Positions 63,173-64,000 of a stretch of 64,000 nt of DNA are shown here, one piece after another. How positions within the stretch are numbered: the first letter of the stretch is position 1; every line of letters begins with the position of its first letter. The notes under the pieces are model-generated. The model was not told the origin of the DNA. It saw only the letters and a program-made list of their open reading frames with translations, and did not search any database. The stretch spans positions 288,001-352,000 of the forward strand of contig CAVXJS010000019.1 of the NCBI GenBank assembly GCA_963762145.1, read 5' to 3'. Made by a program: the position numbers and the translations under genes. This DNA is from an uncultured Candidatus Rokubacteria bacterium (GTDB lineage Bacteria > Methylomirabilota > Methylomirabilia > Rokubacteriales > CSP1-6).

Positions 63173-64000
63173 CTACAGGGTCGGCAGGGCGTCCAGCGAC
63201 TGCAAGGTCGCGAGGCGGCGGTAGATGCCGTCGCCGCGGGCCATCAGCTCCTCGTGGGTGCCCATCTCGGCGATGCCGCCGCCGTGGATCACCACGACGC
63301 GGTCCGCGTGCTTCACGGTGGCGAGCCGGTGCGCGATGACGAGCACGGTGCGGCCCCGCATCAGCTCGGACAGCGCCTGCTGCACGAGGAACTCGCTCTC
63401 CGCGTCCAGGTCCGAGGTGGCCTCGTCCAGGATCAGGATCGGCGGATCCTTCAGGAACGCGCGGGCGATCGCGAGGCGCTGGGCCTGCCCGCCGGAGAGC
63501 TTCACGCCGCGCTCGCCCACCGGGGTCGCGTAGCCCTCGGGCAGGGAGGCGATGAAGTCGTGGGCCTGGGCCAGGCGGGCCGCGTGTTCGATCTCGGCCT
63601 GCGTGGCGCCGGGCTTGCCGTAGGCGATGTTGTACCCGATCGAGTCGTGGAAGAGAAAGGTGTCCTGGGTCACGATGCCGATCAGCGAGCGCAGCGAGGC
63701 CACCGTGACCGTTCGCAGATCGTGCCCATCCAGCGTGATGCGCCCGGTGCTGACGTCGTGGAACCGCGGCAGCAATTCCATCAGGGTGGTCTTGCCTGCG
63801 CCCGACATGCCGACGAAGGCCACCAGCTCGCCCTTGTGCACCGTCAACGAGATATCCCGCAGGGCCCACTCCTCCGCCTCCGGATAGCGGAAGCCGGCCG
63901 CCTCGAAGACGATGGAGCCGGTGAAGCCGGGCAGGGGGGTCGCGCCGGGCGTGTCCACGATGGCCGGCGGGGTGTCGAGGATCTCGAACACCCGCTCCAC
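63173..64000 (-). CDS. ABC exporter (MsbA-like) ATP-binding domain; 5' part beyond window
   Basis: [34 protein letters not shown]. Confidence 0.92.
   Translation of the reverse strand: MERVFEILDTPPAIVDTPGATPLPGFTGSIVFEAAGFRYPEAEEWALRDISLTVHKGELVAFVGMSGAGKTTLMELLPRFHDVSTGRITLDGHDLRTVTVASLRSLIGIVTQDTFLFHDSIGYNIAYGKPGATQAEIEHAARLAQAHDFIASLPEGYATPVGERGVKLSGGQAQRLAIARAFLKDPPILILDEATSDLDAESEFLVQQALSELMRGRTVLVIAHRLATVKHADRVVVIHGGGIAEMGTHEELMARGDGIYRRLATLQSLDALPTL

Overview
Very GC-rich, gene-dense bacterial chromosomal window. A diderm envelope (beta-barrel porin, MsbA-like exporter), F420 genes and overall gene content suggest Ca. Rokubacteria/Methylomirabilota, but this is inference. Many genes carry single-base frameshifts, most likely long-read assembly errors. 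Left to right: (1) acyl-CoA metabolism genes, AlaX and a GGDEF/HD-GYP pair (0-7.4 kb); (2) tusA, an IscS-like gene lacking the PLP lysine, and a HAD hydrolase; (3) an F420 cluster (cofG, cofH, cofD, cofC, cofE, npdG, LLM and PPOX enzymes) interrupted by HU and a GNAT and followed by an Ldh_2 dehydrogenase (9.8-18.8 kb); (4) a nitrogen-scavenging region (sigma54 activator, glnK-amtB, glnA, porin, ANTAR regulator, urtABCDE, ureABCEFGD, atzG/atzE-like genes, stand-alone NtrC/Fis HTH; 19-40 kb); (5) a phosphate region (phoB-phoR, ppk1, second phoB, pstSCAB-phoU) with clear Pho boxes (41-54.6 kb); (6) LOG, EamA, nadE, a ynfA remnant and a compositionally distinct amino-sugar cassette. The best candidate for an undescribed system is a layered nitrogen-control circuit. 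Five sigma54 promoters share paired 17-bp TGCCY-N7-RGGCA-like enhancers, some with IHF sites. One drives an HTH-only NtrC-like protein (possible feedback competitor). Another drives a non-phosphorylatable ANTAR protein with candidate RNA targets in the urtA and glnA leaders. No rRNA, tRNA, CRISPR array or transposase was seen.
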